Below, piece after piece: positions 1 to 14,700 of a DNA stretch of 64,000 bases. Numbering within the stretch: the stretch's first letter is position 1; each line of letters opens with the position of its first letter. This stretch comes from Felis catus (taxonomy: Eukaryota), in assembly GCF_018350175.1 (NCBI RefSeq), contig NC_058383.1, positions 15,440,001-15,504,000 of the forward strand, in the 5' to 3' direction. The notes below the pieces were generated by a model, which was not told the origin of the DNA, did not search any database, and was given only the letters and a program-made list of their open reading frames with translations. A program made the translations under genes and the position numbers.

Positions 1-70
1 CAGAATTTAGATTCTGGTGGTCCTCAGTACCAGACTCTTCCTCACTGGTGCTCTCAAAGGGCTCTTCCTC
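1..70 (-). CDS. TYW1: TYW1 coding exon 7, truncated by the window edge
   Basis: gttccag|GAGGAAGAGCCCTTTGAG...; EEEPFESTSEEESGTEDHQNLNS, phase 0. Confidence 0.92.
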
Positions 71-2681
71 CTGGAACATCAATGTTTCAGAAATATATTG
101 TTCAAAGTAGCGAGCCTCCAAGATTGTGAGTTCATGGGACAGATCTGAGATATTTTAGGCTACAGGTTCAGCAAGTATGGCCCGCAAGCCAAATGCAGCC
201 AGCCTCAGGCCAAATCTAAAGGCAGCCATCACTTACACGTTATCTATAGCTATGTTCTTAATACAGTGACCGGACTGACAGTTGCAACAGAAACCATGTG
301 GCCCACAAACATGGAAATATTTATTAGCTGGCCCTTCACAGAAAAGTTTCCTGACCTCTCTTTTAGACAGAACCAACCAGGCTTAGTGAAGAACTAAAGG
401 CAGGAATGAGGAAAAGGGAAGGAATTAAGCATGACTCTTAAGTTTCTTTTTTAAGTAATTGAGACGGTGGTGCTGTTTACTGAGATGAGAAAGATTTGGG
501 GAGAAATAGACCAGAAGAGTGGAAATGAAAAGCTCCATTTTGAATTTGTAAAGTATGAGATGCCTCAGACCTCCAAGCAGAGACTTCAAAGAGGATGCAC
601 ATAAGAGAACAAAATTCCAGGCAGACCTCAGGGACAAAAATATAAACTTAGGAATAACTAGCATTCAGACAGTACTTAACTGCCATGAAACTGGGTAAGA
701 TCATCCAGGAAGAAAGTATCAACAAAGAAAAGAACCTCACACCAAGCCCTGAATCGTTTCAACATGCAGAGGTTAGGTAAGGGAAGAAGATCCCAGGGGA
801 AAAAGGAAGAAAACCACGAGAATGGTTTTGTGAAAGTCAAGAGAAGAGTGATTCGAAGAAGGAATCGCAGTATCAAACCCTACGAAGAGGCCAAGCAAAA
901 TGAAGGCAGAGAAATACCCACGGGGCTTGACAACATGATGTCCTCGGACCTAGAAAGGAGCAGCCACCGTGGGGCAGAGCGCCAAAGCGGAGTGGGCGAG
1001 CGTGAACTGGGACTTCTGCTCCCAGCTGCAGGGTGTGAAAGACACTGAACACCCTTCCTGTGGAAAATAACCAACACTGAGTAACAGAATATTTTAGTAG
1101 CACAATTTCAAGTGTATCACTGAGTCGACAAACATACGAGGAATTAAAAGTGGACAAGCTTCAACTGAAAAAGGAATCCTAGGAGGTAAGCGAGTGATGG
1201 AGTGGAGGGTATCTGCTGAACTCCGGAGAACCTATTCTGACAGCTGGACAGGACCAGGGAAGAGGAAAGTCGAGGAAACAATACTAGGAGGAGAGTCTAA
1301 CACAGAAGACCAAAGTCAAAGCTGGGACCCCACAAGGCTACATCTCTCATGTACATGTAAACTAGAAATAAACATTCCATGCAAGAGGAGAAAGCAGAAA
1401 ACATAGGCAGAGAGTTTTGGGGCAGGAGGAGGGGGGAGGCAAGAGCTAAGAATAGATACAGGGATTTTATTCAAAAATTCTAAAGTTTCTGGGAGGGATA
1501 AAGAAGAATTTTGGGGCGCCTGCGTGGCTCAGTCGGTTAAGCGTCCGACTTCAGTTCAGGTCACGATCTCACAGTCCATGAGTTCGAGCCCCACGTTGGG
1601 CTCTGGGCTGATGGCTCAGAGCCTGGAGCCTGCTTCCGATTCTGTCTCCCTCTCTCTCTGCCTCTCCCCCATTCATGCTCTGTCTCTCTCTGTCTCAAAA
1701 ATAAATAAACGCTAAAAAAAAAAAAATTTTTAAAAAAAAGGAGAATTTTATAATAAAAACGCAGAACCAAATTAAACCAAAATTCCCAAAACCAATACTC
1801 TAACTAGAAGACAACAGATCACTGTGTTCAATTTGGGGGCAGGGCGGGGGGGAATGACTCCCAGCTAGAACTCTATACTCAGTGAAGCATCAATCAACTA
1901 TGAAGGCAAAATAAAGACATGTAGATATAAACATTCTGAAAATCTACTTCGAAACCACCTTTCTCAGAGAACTATTAGAGAACGTGCTCCAAAAACAAGA
2001 GTTAACTAAGAAATTAGAAGATAAAGGAGATACCAGAATCAGGAAATCCAACCCAGTAAGCCAGTGACAGGAAGGCTGTGCATCACAGCAGACAGAAGAC
2101 ACAGGACTCCACCCACACCAAGGTTGGGACTGCAGCCACGCCAAAGTGGAGGAATAAGGACTCGTGAGAAGCCTCCAAGAAATCAACAAAAACTACAGAA
2201 CACTAAGAAATAATTTTCAGTTCCAATAGAACTTTAGAATGAATCAGTGATAATTATAGAGAAATCAAAACTGATGTAGTCATTACCTAAGGGGAATTAA
2301 TGTGTAAGAGCGAAAATGTGGGGCACCTGGGTGGGTCAGTAGTAGGTTAAGCCTCTGACGACAGCTCAGGTCATGATCTCATGGCTCATGAGTTCGAGCC
2401 CCACGTCAGACTCTGTGCTGACAGCTCAGAGCTTGGAGCCTGCTTTGGATTCTGTGTCTCCCTCTCTCTCTGCCCCTCCCCTGCTCACACTCTGACTCCC
2501 TCTGACTCTCTCTCTCTCTCTCAGAAAAAAACGTTAAAAAGTTTTTTTTAAAGAATGAAAATATAATAACATAATATACAGCAGAAATGTGAGCACATAT
2601 ACAGTCACAATAATGAAGCAACAGTCTAGCCAGAAAATGTGCTACAACTGCACAAGAAAACGAGAGGAAAAGTGACACTGC

Positions 2682-2725
<44 letters not shown>

Positions 2726-5700
2726 CCATGAGAGGGAGAGAGATTGTGAAATGTTTTAAAAATCAAGAAATAGCAAGAAGAGCCTATTATTTAGGAATGT
2801 AGAGGTAGAATGTCTGATGAAACAGCAAGAATTAAAAGTGACAACCCTGAGAAAATAAGAATTAGACAGAATAAGGGAAGAAAGGATAGTTTTTAATTAA
2901 AAGCCTAGTTTTTAATTAAAAGTACTATTTGAAGTCTTAAATGTACAAGTGTTACTTTTGATTAAAAAAATTTTTTTACTTAAATCTGTTTACATGTTAA
3001 AAACCGAGAGTGACATCAGCAAAATAGCAGAATAGACAACTCCAAGGGCTTGTTCTCCCACAGAAACACCTAAAAACTAAGCAAAAACCAATAGACTCAA
3101 CTCTAATTCCCAGAGTTCTGACAACGGCTTACAAGACCCAAGTAAACACTGAATCAGGAAAAAGGAAACCCAAAAATGACATTCAAGGAAATCTGTCACA
3201 ACACTAGCTGAATACAAAGTAAAGAAACCATGTACAATAGGCAGTCTTTAAAAAGATAGTTTTTAAAGTCAATAAACAAACAATTATCACCCATAGCAAA
3301 CTACAAAAATAAACCCTGAGGGGGGAAAGAATCTGGTTTCCAGGGTTAATACCTCATAATATTCAAAACTCGCAATTTTCAACACAATATTATGAAGCAT
3401 GCAAAGAAATAAAAAAGTCTGGCCTACCTGCAGAAGAAATCAACCAAAACCATCCCTGACACTGGACTTCACGAAATAAAAGATTTTAAGCCGATGGTCT
3501 TAAATATGCTCCAAGAGCTGAAGGAAACTAGGAGAACGATGTCGAAATACAGAATATCGACACAAAGACAGAAATCATAAAAAGGAAACAAAGAAATTCT
3601 TGATCTGAAAAACATAAGAACCAAACTAAAATCTCCTTACAGGGTTTCAGTAGCAGACTTGAGCCGACAGAAGAACCAGCAAACATGGACACAGATCAGT
3701 TAGAAACTGGCCAGTCTGAGAAATGAACAAGCGTACCAACACATACAAAAGTGGTTGCACAGGACTCTGTCCTAAATACCACTGGATTGTATCCTTTACA
3801 ATGGTTAATGCTATGTTATGTGAATTTTACCTCAATTTGCTTAAACAGTGTAAAAAAATATTAAAAGACCAACTGGTAGGAAGGGAAGCAAACATAAGCA
3901 AAAAGAATGGCTATAAAAGAGAACAGGGGCGCCTGGGTGGCTCAGTTGGTTGAGCGTCTGACTTTGGCTCAGGTCACGATCTCGCAGTTGACGAGTTCGA
4001 GCCCCACATTGGGCTCTGTGCTGACAGCTCAGAATCTGGAACCTGCTTCAGATTATGTGCCTCCCTCTCTCTCTGCCCCTCCCCTGCTCATGCTCTGTCT
4101 CTCTCTGTCTCAAAAATAAATAAACATTAAAAAAAAAAAAAAAACTTAAAAAAGAGAGAACAGAAAAACAAAACAGCAGCTGAAACACACAAAACAGAAA
4201 CATTTGTTTTATATTTGCTTTTCCTGTTTGTTTGAACACAGGTGATTCCAGGGCACGTTCATAAACTTACGGGAACAATCTGGCAGAATGGAAGAGACTA
4301 ACAACACAGGAGAGAGACGCAATAAACAAAGGGACAAAGTCCTTGATTCCAGCGCATGCACAGAACGGCTCTCGCAGGACTCAGACCCTTGGTCTCCTGC
4401 CACATAAGAGATGGGGAAGATGTGTGGATGGGGTTGGGGGCTACAAGAGATCTCTGATGGCCTCCTACAAGAGCTGGAGGAAGGGGCAGAGAGAAGTCTT
4501 TTTTTAGGTTTATTTATTTATTTTTGAGAGAGAGAGAGAGCACGCACTCTCAAGCACACCAGTAGGGAAGGGGCAGAGAGAGACAGGGAGAGAGAATTGG
4601 GGTTTTTTTAAGTTTATTTATTCACTTAGAGAGAGAGAGAGAGAGACAGAGAGAGAAAGAGAGAGAGAGAATGAATGAACAGGAGAGGAGCAGAGAGAGG
4701 AACAGAGAATCCCAAGCAGGCTCCATACTGCCAGCCTGGAGCCCACTGTGGGGCTGGAACTCACGAATTGTGAGATGATGACATGAGCCGTAATCAAGAG
4801 TCAGACGCTTAACCCACTGAGCCACCCAGGCACCCCATGAGAGAGAGAATCTTAAGCAGGCTCCACACTGTCAGCACAGAGCCAGGTGTGGGGCTCGAAC
4901 CCACAAACTGTGAGATCATGACCTGAGCCGAAATCAAGAGTGAGACGCTCACCCAACTGAGCCACCCAGGCGCCCCCAGGCATGGAGAGTATTAATCAGT
5001 CATCTTGGAGAGTGAGAAAGGGAACTCACACAAGAACGCTGGAGACTGCTGGGCAGGTTTGAGTGCATACATAGGCCTGTGGTCGTGAATCCAGGGTCAA
5101 AGAGCAAGCAGCAGGCAAAGGGGAAGGCAGGTGGGAGGTTTCGACCTGGCTTGGGGTTTGGCCATTTGGGTGAGAAAAGGGAGTGGAAGGCAAGGCAACT
5201 GAAGACGTTTATAAGAGAATGAGCATAAAACCTAACCTGGATAAGGGCAGAAGTGAAGAAAGCAATTTTCACTCCCCAATGAAAAAGGCATGGGATCAAA
5301 AGAATTGTAAATAAAGTAGGACACCTGAGGCAGGTCAGAGTTCAGGTCACAGGAACATGAAATTTCAGAGATGACCATGGAAGAGGCCTAGGTGAGTGAA
5401 GAACATGCCTGCTGGGGGTATGAAGGCCAGGCAACTGGAAGGTCAGGCAGCTGGATCAATCACCTCCATGGATGGCTTTGCCCCAAAGGGTAATGACAGG
5501 AACAAGGGTGGAGAGAAAGTGAGTCAGAATGTAAAGTGGTTCCTGAATGACACAAGTGACCCAGTGCCAAAGGACAGACAGACAGCCGTGAAACAGCCTG
5601 GTGACATGAGCTTCCAAGGAACTAGGGACCTGAACCAGGAGCCAAGAGACTTGTTTAGAATGTGAGGGACAGAAGACAGGAATCTAGGATGGGACAGCCT

Positions 5701-8700
5701 TCCAGTCTGAGTGACTAAAGGAATCGTTCAGTAAGACAGGTCAGCAGGAGGATGTGGTTAGGGGACACGAGGACAGGGGCTCAGCTAACTTCAGGCCTCT
5801 GGCCGTGTAACTATTAACTATTAACCACCTGCTGGCCACGTAACTATTAAATAGGAGAGGTGGGAAGGCACACAGCACAAACTGGCTTCACTCTTAAGGC
5901 CGCTCTCTCTCTAAAACGCCACCGCGTGAGTCTCAGAGCTTCTCTCTAACTAGAAGCCAGAGAAGGCGCTTCTCCGGGCAGAGGTGAGGTTCAGCACCTC
6001 CAAACACCAGGGGAAAGCAGCGAGACAGGGACACAGAGGCTCCGTACCGCAGATGATTCACACTGGCCTTTCTTGCAGTTGCCGCCACAGGGTTTTCTCT
6101 CTCCTTTCCGAAGTGCCTGTAGCCGGGAGATGAACTTGGTCTTCCAAACTCTGAAGTCGGCTTCAATGCTGCCATGTTTGCTTTTAACCACGTCACAGTC
6201 ACCCTCCCCTCTAGCCACCACACGGTGAGCACCAAGCATCCAGAGCCACTTATCGACATTCTTGCCAACCTGCAAGAAGACAGATAATCCTCGGCATCAC
6301 AGGCTTGTAGACTGCTCTGCAAAAGGTCCATGATCCTCGGGGACCCCTGTCACTGGCTGCTGTTGGGAAAAGGGAGCTTAGCCGAAGGGCAGCAGGCCCT
6401 CCAGCCCCAGCCGCAACCTGAAACGCTACACTGGTTACATTAGGACAAGATTCTGCAAGAGACTTTATTTTATTGTTATTTTTTCAATGTCTCGGGGCAC
6501 CCGGGTGGCTCCGTCGGCTAAGCGTCTGACTTCGGCTCAGGTCATGATCTCATAGTGTGTGGGTTCGAGCCCCACGTGGGGCTCGGTGCTCACAGCTCAG
6601 AGCCTGGAGCCTGCTTCAGATTCTGTCTCCCTCTCTCTCTCTCTGCCCTCCCCTGCTCATGTTCTGCTTCTCTCTCTCTCAAAAATAAATAAACATTAAA
6701 AAAAATTTAGAGTGCAAGTGGGGGAGGGACAAAAAGCGGGGGTACAGAGGATCCGAAGCGGGCTCCACACTGACAGCAGTGAGCCCGATGCGGAGCTCGA
6801 ACTCATGAACTGCCAAGATTACCCTAAGCTGAAGTCAGACGCTCGACTGACTGAGCCACCCAGGCACCTTGCAAAAGACTTTTTTTAAACAAAGGGACAG
6901 ACAAACCCTTTTATTAAGGTTAAGATTACTACCTAAAAAAAGACTCTGAAAACTCCTATTCTAAGTCATGGTCAGAATAAAATAACTCATTAGCAAAATG
7001 AGATTCAAAATGTAGCAAAGCCCACTTTAATAAGAAAGTGCAGCCCGTTTGGCACGACTCACGGCTTTATAAATTCAGAACTTGAACGTGTTGCAGTAAG
7101 AAGCAGTTAGGCTGAGGTACAGGGATTGCCAAGATGCATGGTTAAGAGCTCAAAAACTTAAGGGGCGCCTGGGTTGGTTAACCATCCTACTTTTGATTTC
7201 AACTCCACTCGGGATCTCACAGCTGTGTGGAGCTCCGCACTGACAGCAAGGAGCCTGCTTGGGATTCTCTCCCTCTCTCTCTCTCTGCCCCTCCTCTGCT
7301 CGTACTCGTGGCTCTCTCCCTCTCTCTCACAAACTAAATTAAAAAAAAAAAGAGAGAGAGAGTTCAAAACTTAACAGGCTTTGTGAGTGTCAAGGCATTA
7401 AACACTTACATATCTGAATTTTACCTTTTTTTTTTTTCTAATTCCTTTGAAAATATAGCCAGAAATACACATCTTGATATAACAACTGAATGAAAACAAG
7501 CTCAAAAGAAGATCTCTACTTTCACCTCTACTCACATTCTACCAAAGACAGGTGAGCCTGGCTGGGCCCAATTTTGAGAAGAGGTACATATACAAAAAGT
7601 TCCAGTAACTGTTTAGAATCTCAAGTAATGGAGAGGCTCTATATTTTTATTACTTAAAGTATAGAGAATAGAACGCAAAAGAAAAGGAGCCCAATTTAAT
7701 TGCATTTAGAAAAAAGATCTAGGAAAACAAAACAATGTCTTACTACATAAAAGGCAGCAAATGCTTTTCTTCTATTTCCCTTTAAAAATTAATGATTGGG
7801 GCGCTTGGGTGGCTCAGTCGGTTAAGCGTCCGATTTCAGCCTCGGTCATGATCTCACCTTTCCCAAGCTGGAGCCCAAATCCATTTCAGATTCTGTGTCT
7901 CCCCCTCTCTCTCTGCCCCTCCCTCACTCGTGTTGTCTCTATCTCTCAAAAATAAATAAGCATTAAAAAAAATTAATCATTAAAAGACAACGAGCTCAAC
8001 GGTATTCAGAGTTAGCCTGAGCCATAAAGGTTGTTCAACTATAGAACAGGCAGCTGACACAGTCCAAAGAACCACTGATCTTCCATCCACAAGGTCTTGC
8101 CTGGGGACAGCAGACTAGACTCAATGACCGTAAATCCAGGCCACTAAGACACTAGACAACAGGAGGTATAAGCATTTTACTCAATAAAATTTACTGACCG
8201 CCTACTATGCACCAACCTTGGATACATATGTGTAACAATTCCCCATTATAATAGAGTAACACAACAAGTTTATTATTAAGTACCAAAGTTTGTGGATTAT
8301 TTCACACACAAATGTGTGTATGAATTTTTTTTTTTTTATTAAAAGAGAATTTATCCCTACAATTCAACATACACCTACTTTGTACCTACCTTGTTGAAAT
8401 GGTTCGCATAGGCAGAATTTCCCAGGCCAAATACAGCATATCTCATACCCTTCAGGTAAGTTTTGCCAAATCGGAAATCACTGGATGCCTCCTCTAACCA
8501 TTTGCAGAACCACTCTGCACTTTCAGTGGGTCGACCATCAGTATACGTAGCAACCACGAAGGCACAAACGTTTTTACTAGTAACCTAACCAAGAAAGTAA
8601 TTATTTCAGAAGAATATTCACAATATAACTTACCAGTGAAGAAAATCCCTTTTTAAAATGCTGACATCCACATTAATACTAATCTCTAAGGGCACAGGGT

Positions 8701-11700
8701 GCTTTCAAAATGTTAACTCACTTTCAAAAGTGGAAGAAAACAGAGCAAGAACACTTTGCACAGGGAGAAAACCCAGTCCATTGCCCCTGCCAATACACCC
8801 CTGGTGCCCTTAACTATATATTCCATTCCAGTCCTCAGACTATAAGCTCCTATCATCTCCAACTGCCCTACTGGAAACAAAATCCAAATCAGTCAGGAAG
8901 AAAAACAGAAAGATCTCATTAAAACTATCTGAAAAATTAATGTAATAAACTTTTTAAATGTAAGGTAACTTAACACGTGGCACTATCATCTACACGGGGA
9001 AACAAAATACGCCTTCAGTCCTGCTAGCCATGGTATTCCAATCTGCTTGAATGAACCTCAAAAATTCCGAGTCATGGGGCGCCTGGGGGGCTCAATCAGT
9101 TAAGTGGCCAACTCTTGATATCGGCCTAGGTCAAGATCTCACGGTCATGAGATCAAATGTGGAGTGTGCTTGGGATCCTCTCTCCCTTTTCTCTGCCCCT
9201 CCTTCATTCACATCCTTTCTCTCTAAGTAAATAAATAAACAAACCTTTAAAAAAATGTTGTTTTTACATTCCAAGTCATGAGATAAGTTATAAGCAATCC
9301 TTTATTAATAATTAAATCCCAATAAAATATTTTGATGGTAAAAAAAATAATCAAATCTCAAAGTTTGCTAATAATTTTTCACAAGAAATTCTGAGCAGAT
9401 TCAAGGTCACTCATTTGCACCCCACCATTTTCTTATGGGAGAAAGAAATGGACAGTTACAGCTAGGAGGCTATCGACTAAGAAGGGGCTGGCAAACTATG
9501 TCCCATAGGCCCAATCCAGCTCACTGCCTGTTTTTTTTAAAAACAAAGTGTTAGTAGAACACAGCACACTCATTCATTTACATTGCCTATGGTTGTTTTG
9601 TGCCTCAAAGGCAGAACTGTGTGCACAGCGCCCAAATCAGATGATATTTACTATCTGGCCCCTTACAGAAGTAGTTCATTAACCCCTGCTCTACGTGCTT
9701 CTCCAACTTTAGCTGCTTCAGAATCACCTGGAGCACCTGTAAAAATACAGTTCCCCATCCAGACTTTGATTCAGCGGGGCCGGCCTGCATTTCCAACAAG
9801 TTCCCAGGAGATGCTGAGAATGCTGGTTCGAGGACCATGCCTTGAGAATCAGTGCTGTAAGGCAAACTTCTCTGAGCGTAACTAGACGAGAGCAAGGGGC
9901 ATTTCTCAGGTGAAGAAATTAAACCCACGCAGATAATTAAGTAATGCACGGAGGTCACGCAGGTAGTGAGAGACTTCTGTAAGTCCCAAACCCATCCTTT
10001 CTGCTACCCAAGTGGCTCCTGACCTCTCAGCAATCTCACGCGTGGTTCACGTGCTCTGCACACTGCCATCAATCACAATCTTCCCTGGATTATGAGGTTG
10101 GTTCAGGAGGGAGGAGGGAACTTCAAGCCACCAAGCTTCCCCACCCCAGGAGAGACCACATGCCAGAGGGACGGGTCCCACACCATATATTCAACACCTC
10201 TAACTGACCCTGCAAACTCAGCCCACTGAAATGCCTTAGCATGAAAACGAAATTTGTTCTGAAGATTCTATTTATCCCAGAATGCAGGAGGTCAGTCACA
10301 TTTGAGAGTTTGGACTGAAGAAAAACTTAACACAATTACCAACCTCTTCTACTAGATGATCATCTGGATCGTATTCTTGGAGATTAATAACTGCCACAGG
10401 CAGACCTAGGGAGGTAACTGCTTCAGCAAGACTTGCTGCAAATCCCTAATGGGAAAAAAAAAAAAAAAAAAAAAAAAACACATAAACTCTTTGAAGAGCT
10501 AAATAAGCAAAGTACAGTCTTAATTTACCTCTGCCGGCAAGGGAATAGGCGTTTATCATGAAAAACTTTTTGCAGTCACTGACATTTATCATCATAAACC
10601 CAAACGCTATTCTCACTTCTACCATTTTCCCAAGCATCTTTATGGAGATCAATCATTCAACTGTGCTGTTCTCACTCTGTAAGTACATATACGGGACTAA
10701 ATCTAAATTGGCTTTTGACATTCCAGCTGCTTTGCCCCACTAGAATAAACATAGAGGAGGTAAGAAATCCTGAAGAGGGAAGAGAATGTGGGATGTAAGA
10801 AATCTGACACGTTTCTGAAAGATAAAAAGCAAACAGAAGCAGGTTGACAAGGAGGAGAAAGCCCTAGGGGACAGTCCATGTTCCTGACAGAACCCCAGAG
10901 GGGTTCTGGGCTCAGAGTCAGCCACTACACCAAAGCTGGGGGGGACCCTGGGCAGAGAAGAGCCCATCAGTAGACAATCTGTATATGGAACAAGTGCACA
11001 CAGAGCCTGGGCAACATCCACCCTTTACCCCCCAGACAAAACACCTGCTAGCTCTTCTCCAAACAAAATGAACCCAACGTTTGGGGAAAGCACAAACCTC
11101 TAGCCAGGTGTCGGCACTCTGGAAAATGCCTTCCTATTTTTTGCTAAGTAGCCTAAGCTCCCAGGATTAAAGCCAAGCCTACCAAGCATCTATTAATTTA
11201 CTGGGCATCTACTATGCCAGTCTCAGTTCTGGGAAATATTACACAACAGTGAACAAGACACACATGGTCCCTGCCTTCAGGGAGCTTGCATTCTAATGCA
11301 CAGATACACAGCAAAGAAATAAGAAAACACATAGTTAATCAGAGGATGACCAGTGCTATGGAAGAAAATAAATCGGGGTAAAGGGTAAGAATACAGTATT
11401 ACAGGTATGACGATAGTTGTCTTTATACACAGGGAGTGTCAGAACAGGTATATAAGATAAAAATATGCATACACATATTCCGTCTTTGCCCCTAGTTCCA
11501 GGCACAAAGGTCCTAAAACCCTTGGAACTTACTGACTTCGGTATCCTAATGAAGTAACTTATGGGGAGGCAGGCCCCAGGTAGCTACAGGAGGGAGGCTG
11601 GTCGTCACAAAACCAACAACATGATTAGAGATTTAGAACTTTCAGTACCATCGTTCCCAGTGAGTTCAATTATCAATGGCCAATGATTTGAAATGTCCAT

Positions 11701-14700
11701 TAATACCTCTAACGGACAGGTTTCAGGGAGTTTCTGGGTTGGTGAACACATTGTTACACTGAGAAGGTGGTGCACAGAGAAGGTCCAGAAGCTCTGAGCC
11801 ATTCCTGTCCACCATACCTTGCCCTATGCATGTCTGCCATTTGTCTGTGTCTGTCTTGTGTCCTTTACAAGAAACCAGTAGATGTAGCCAGTCAGGCAAT
11901 TCCTGAGTTCTGTGAATCGTTCCGGGAAATTATCGAACCTAAGGAGGACCGTGGGATCGAACTTATAGCTGTTCCAGTCACAAGCGCAGGTGGCCCCTGG
12001 GACTAGTGGCCCCTGGCATCTGAAGTGGAGACAAGTCTTGTAGACTGGGCCCTTATACCTGTGGAATCTGACAAAAACTCTGGGTAGCTGGTATCAGAAT
12101 TGGAGAAGTGGTCTCAAAGACAAAGATTTGAGCCAAACCTGAAGGAAATGAGAGGGCCAGCCATGCGGCTACCCCAAACAGAGGTAACATGGAAGTGAAA
12201 AGGCCTAAAGGAGGGGGCAGGCTTGGCAAAGAGGTTCACAACCCTGGGGGGGACTGGGGGGTACCAAGCAAATGAGGTAAAAGAGATAATGGAAAACCAG
12301 ACGTGAGGGCTTCCTGGCCACTGTGAGGGCTTTGGCATTTACTCTAAGTGAATGAGGAGGTCACTGCTGGGAATGTAGTTCCACTTAAGTTTTCAGAGTC
12401 CCTCTGGCCGCGGAGCTGAGAGGGCCCTGAAGCCGAGGGAGGGGCCGAGCGGCACTGAATGAAGGGGACGTGACTGCAGTGATCCAGACAAAATCTGAGG
12501 GTGCCCCGAGCCACAGTGCTGAGAAGTGACTGGCACCTGGATCCATTGTGGAAGTAGAACAAACAGCATTTGCTGACAAATTGCATGGGGGGAGGGGAGT
12601 AGGAAAAAGAGAGAAGCCAAAGGTTTTCTTTGAGCTAGGCAACTGGAAAGATGAAGTTGGTAAAGAAGTGAAAAAGGTCTGGACAAAAAACTCGGGAGTT
12701 CAGTTTGAGCATCTGAATTCTGAGATGCCTACTAGACATCACATAAAGATCTAAGATAGGTAACTGGACATGGGAGTCTGGAGTTGAGGAGAACAGTTCA
12801 GATGAAAACCATAAATTCAGAGGCCCTCAGCGCATACAAACGAAGGCCAGCAGGTCAAATCCAGCCCTCCGTTTGGTTCTACAGGTGCAAGTTACAGGGA
12901 TACAGTCATGTCACTTAATTTACATATTGTCTGTGGCTGCATCCACGCCAAGGCAGCAGAGCTGAGCAGCTGCAACAAAGACTGTTTGGCCCACAAAAAC
13001 TAAAAGCCTAAATACCTACACATACGTAGCGTAAAAAATAAAATGGCTTGCCCTTTACAGAAAAAGTCTGCCAAATTGTATCTAGAGGCAAGAACATAGT
13101 CTAGATAATAAGATCCCTTAGAGAGCACAGTGAGTGCAAATAGAGACAGGGTCTCAAGGACGGAGCCTTGGGACACTCCTACCTTTAGAGGCCAAGCAGA
13201 GGAGAAATTAGCAGATGGTAAGTAAGGAAGACTAGCCCTGGCCAAGCAGGAGGATGACCTAGAGAAGAATGCCAAGTAAGATGAAAGGTGAGAACTAATT
13301 AGCAATATGGAAAGCACCGGGAACACGTCAGGGCATAGAAGCCTGACAAGAGTGGTCCAAGAAAAACAGGAGTAGGGCAATTGGAGATTTAGAGATAGTG
13401 GCAGATATTTTCAAGGCGCTTTACTCTTAAAAAAAAAAATCTGAGATGGCAGTTAGAGGGAGATATGGGGCCAATAGGTCACACGGTATGCTCTGACCCA
13501 CCCTGCACAGAGCGTCCGGTGAAAAATTTATAATTAAAGAACACACATCTGTTCACACAAGAACAGAGAAAACCCACACCAGCTAGCCCATCATTCTGTC
13601 TAAAAATGAACAGAAAACCATGGTTCACCAGGAATTTGATGAGAACAAGCAGAAGGAAAGAAAAATGGCAAGGTCAGAAAGTGTCTGACTTTGGCTCAGG
13701 TCCTAATCTCACAGTTCTTGAGTTTGTGCCCCACATCACACTCTCTGCTGTCAGCATGGAGCTTTCTTGGGCTCCTCTGTCCCCCTCTCTCTGCCCCTTC
13801 CCCACTCACTCATGTGCACGAGCTCTCTCTCAAAAATAAATAAACATGTTTTAAAAACGAACAAAATTGGGGGGGAGGGGTAGAAAAAAAACGAACAAAA
13901 TGGTGTGTTTGCAACTAAAAACGTAAGAACCAAAATAAAACATTCAAAAAGATTTGGAATTGAAATCCCACAACCTCAAAGTGGAAAGAAAAAGAGTTAC
14001 AAAAGAGAAAAGATTTAAGACAAAGAAGCCATCCAAAAGCTCTAACATCCAGCCAACACAAATGACAGAAAGAAAAAAAACAGTTTAAAAAAAAATTTTT
14101 TTAATAAAATAAAAATGGGAAGCCTAGGTGGCTCAGTCAGTTAAGCGACCAACTTCGGCTCAGGTCATGATCTCATGGTTTGTGAGTTCGAGCCTCGCTT
14201 CTGGCTCTATGCTGACAGCTCAGAGCCTGGAGCCTGCTTCGGATCCTGTGTCTCCCTCTCTCTCTGCCCCTCTGCTGTTCACATTCTATCTCCGTCTCTC
14301 TCACTCTCTCTCTCTCAAAAATGAACATTAAAAAAAAATTTTTTTAATAAAAAAGAAAAAAAAACAGAAAATGGAAGGGAAAAAATATGCCCAAAAACAT
14401 TAGCAGAAATGCTTACAAATCTTCAAAAGAGCCCAAGTGTCCAGCACAACAGCTGAAAAAAGATCCAACCTAGACACCATCTCAAAAAAGTTCCAAACCT
14501 CAAGGACAAAGACATGACTCTAAAAGCTTCCAGAAACAAAAATCAAGTCATCTACAAAGGAATGAGGAGACTAGCTTTTTCATCAACAACACTGACCGGG
14601 GTAAGACAATGAAGTGATGCCTTCAAAGCTGTAAGGAAAAACTAATCTACACCCAGCAAATATGAAGCCATTAAATGTGAAAGCAGAATAAAGAAATTCA

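Noticed and set aside
1524..1715. The many short ORFs beginning MAQSVKRPTS.. or containing RQRETEHE..
   Set aside because: They are translations of Can-SINE consensus sequence; likewise the SINE heads are tRNA-derived but are not tRNA genes.
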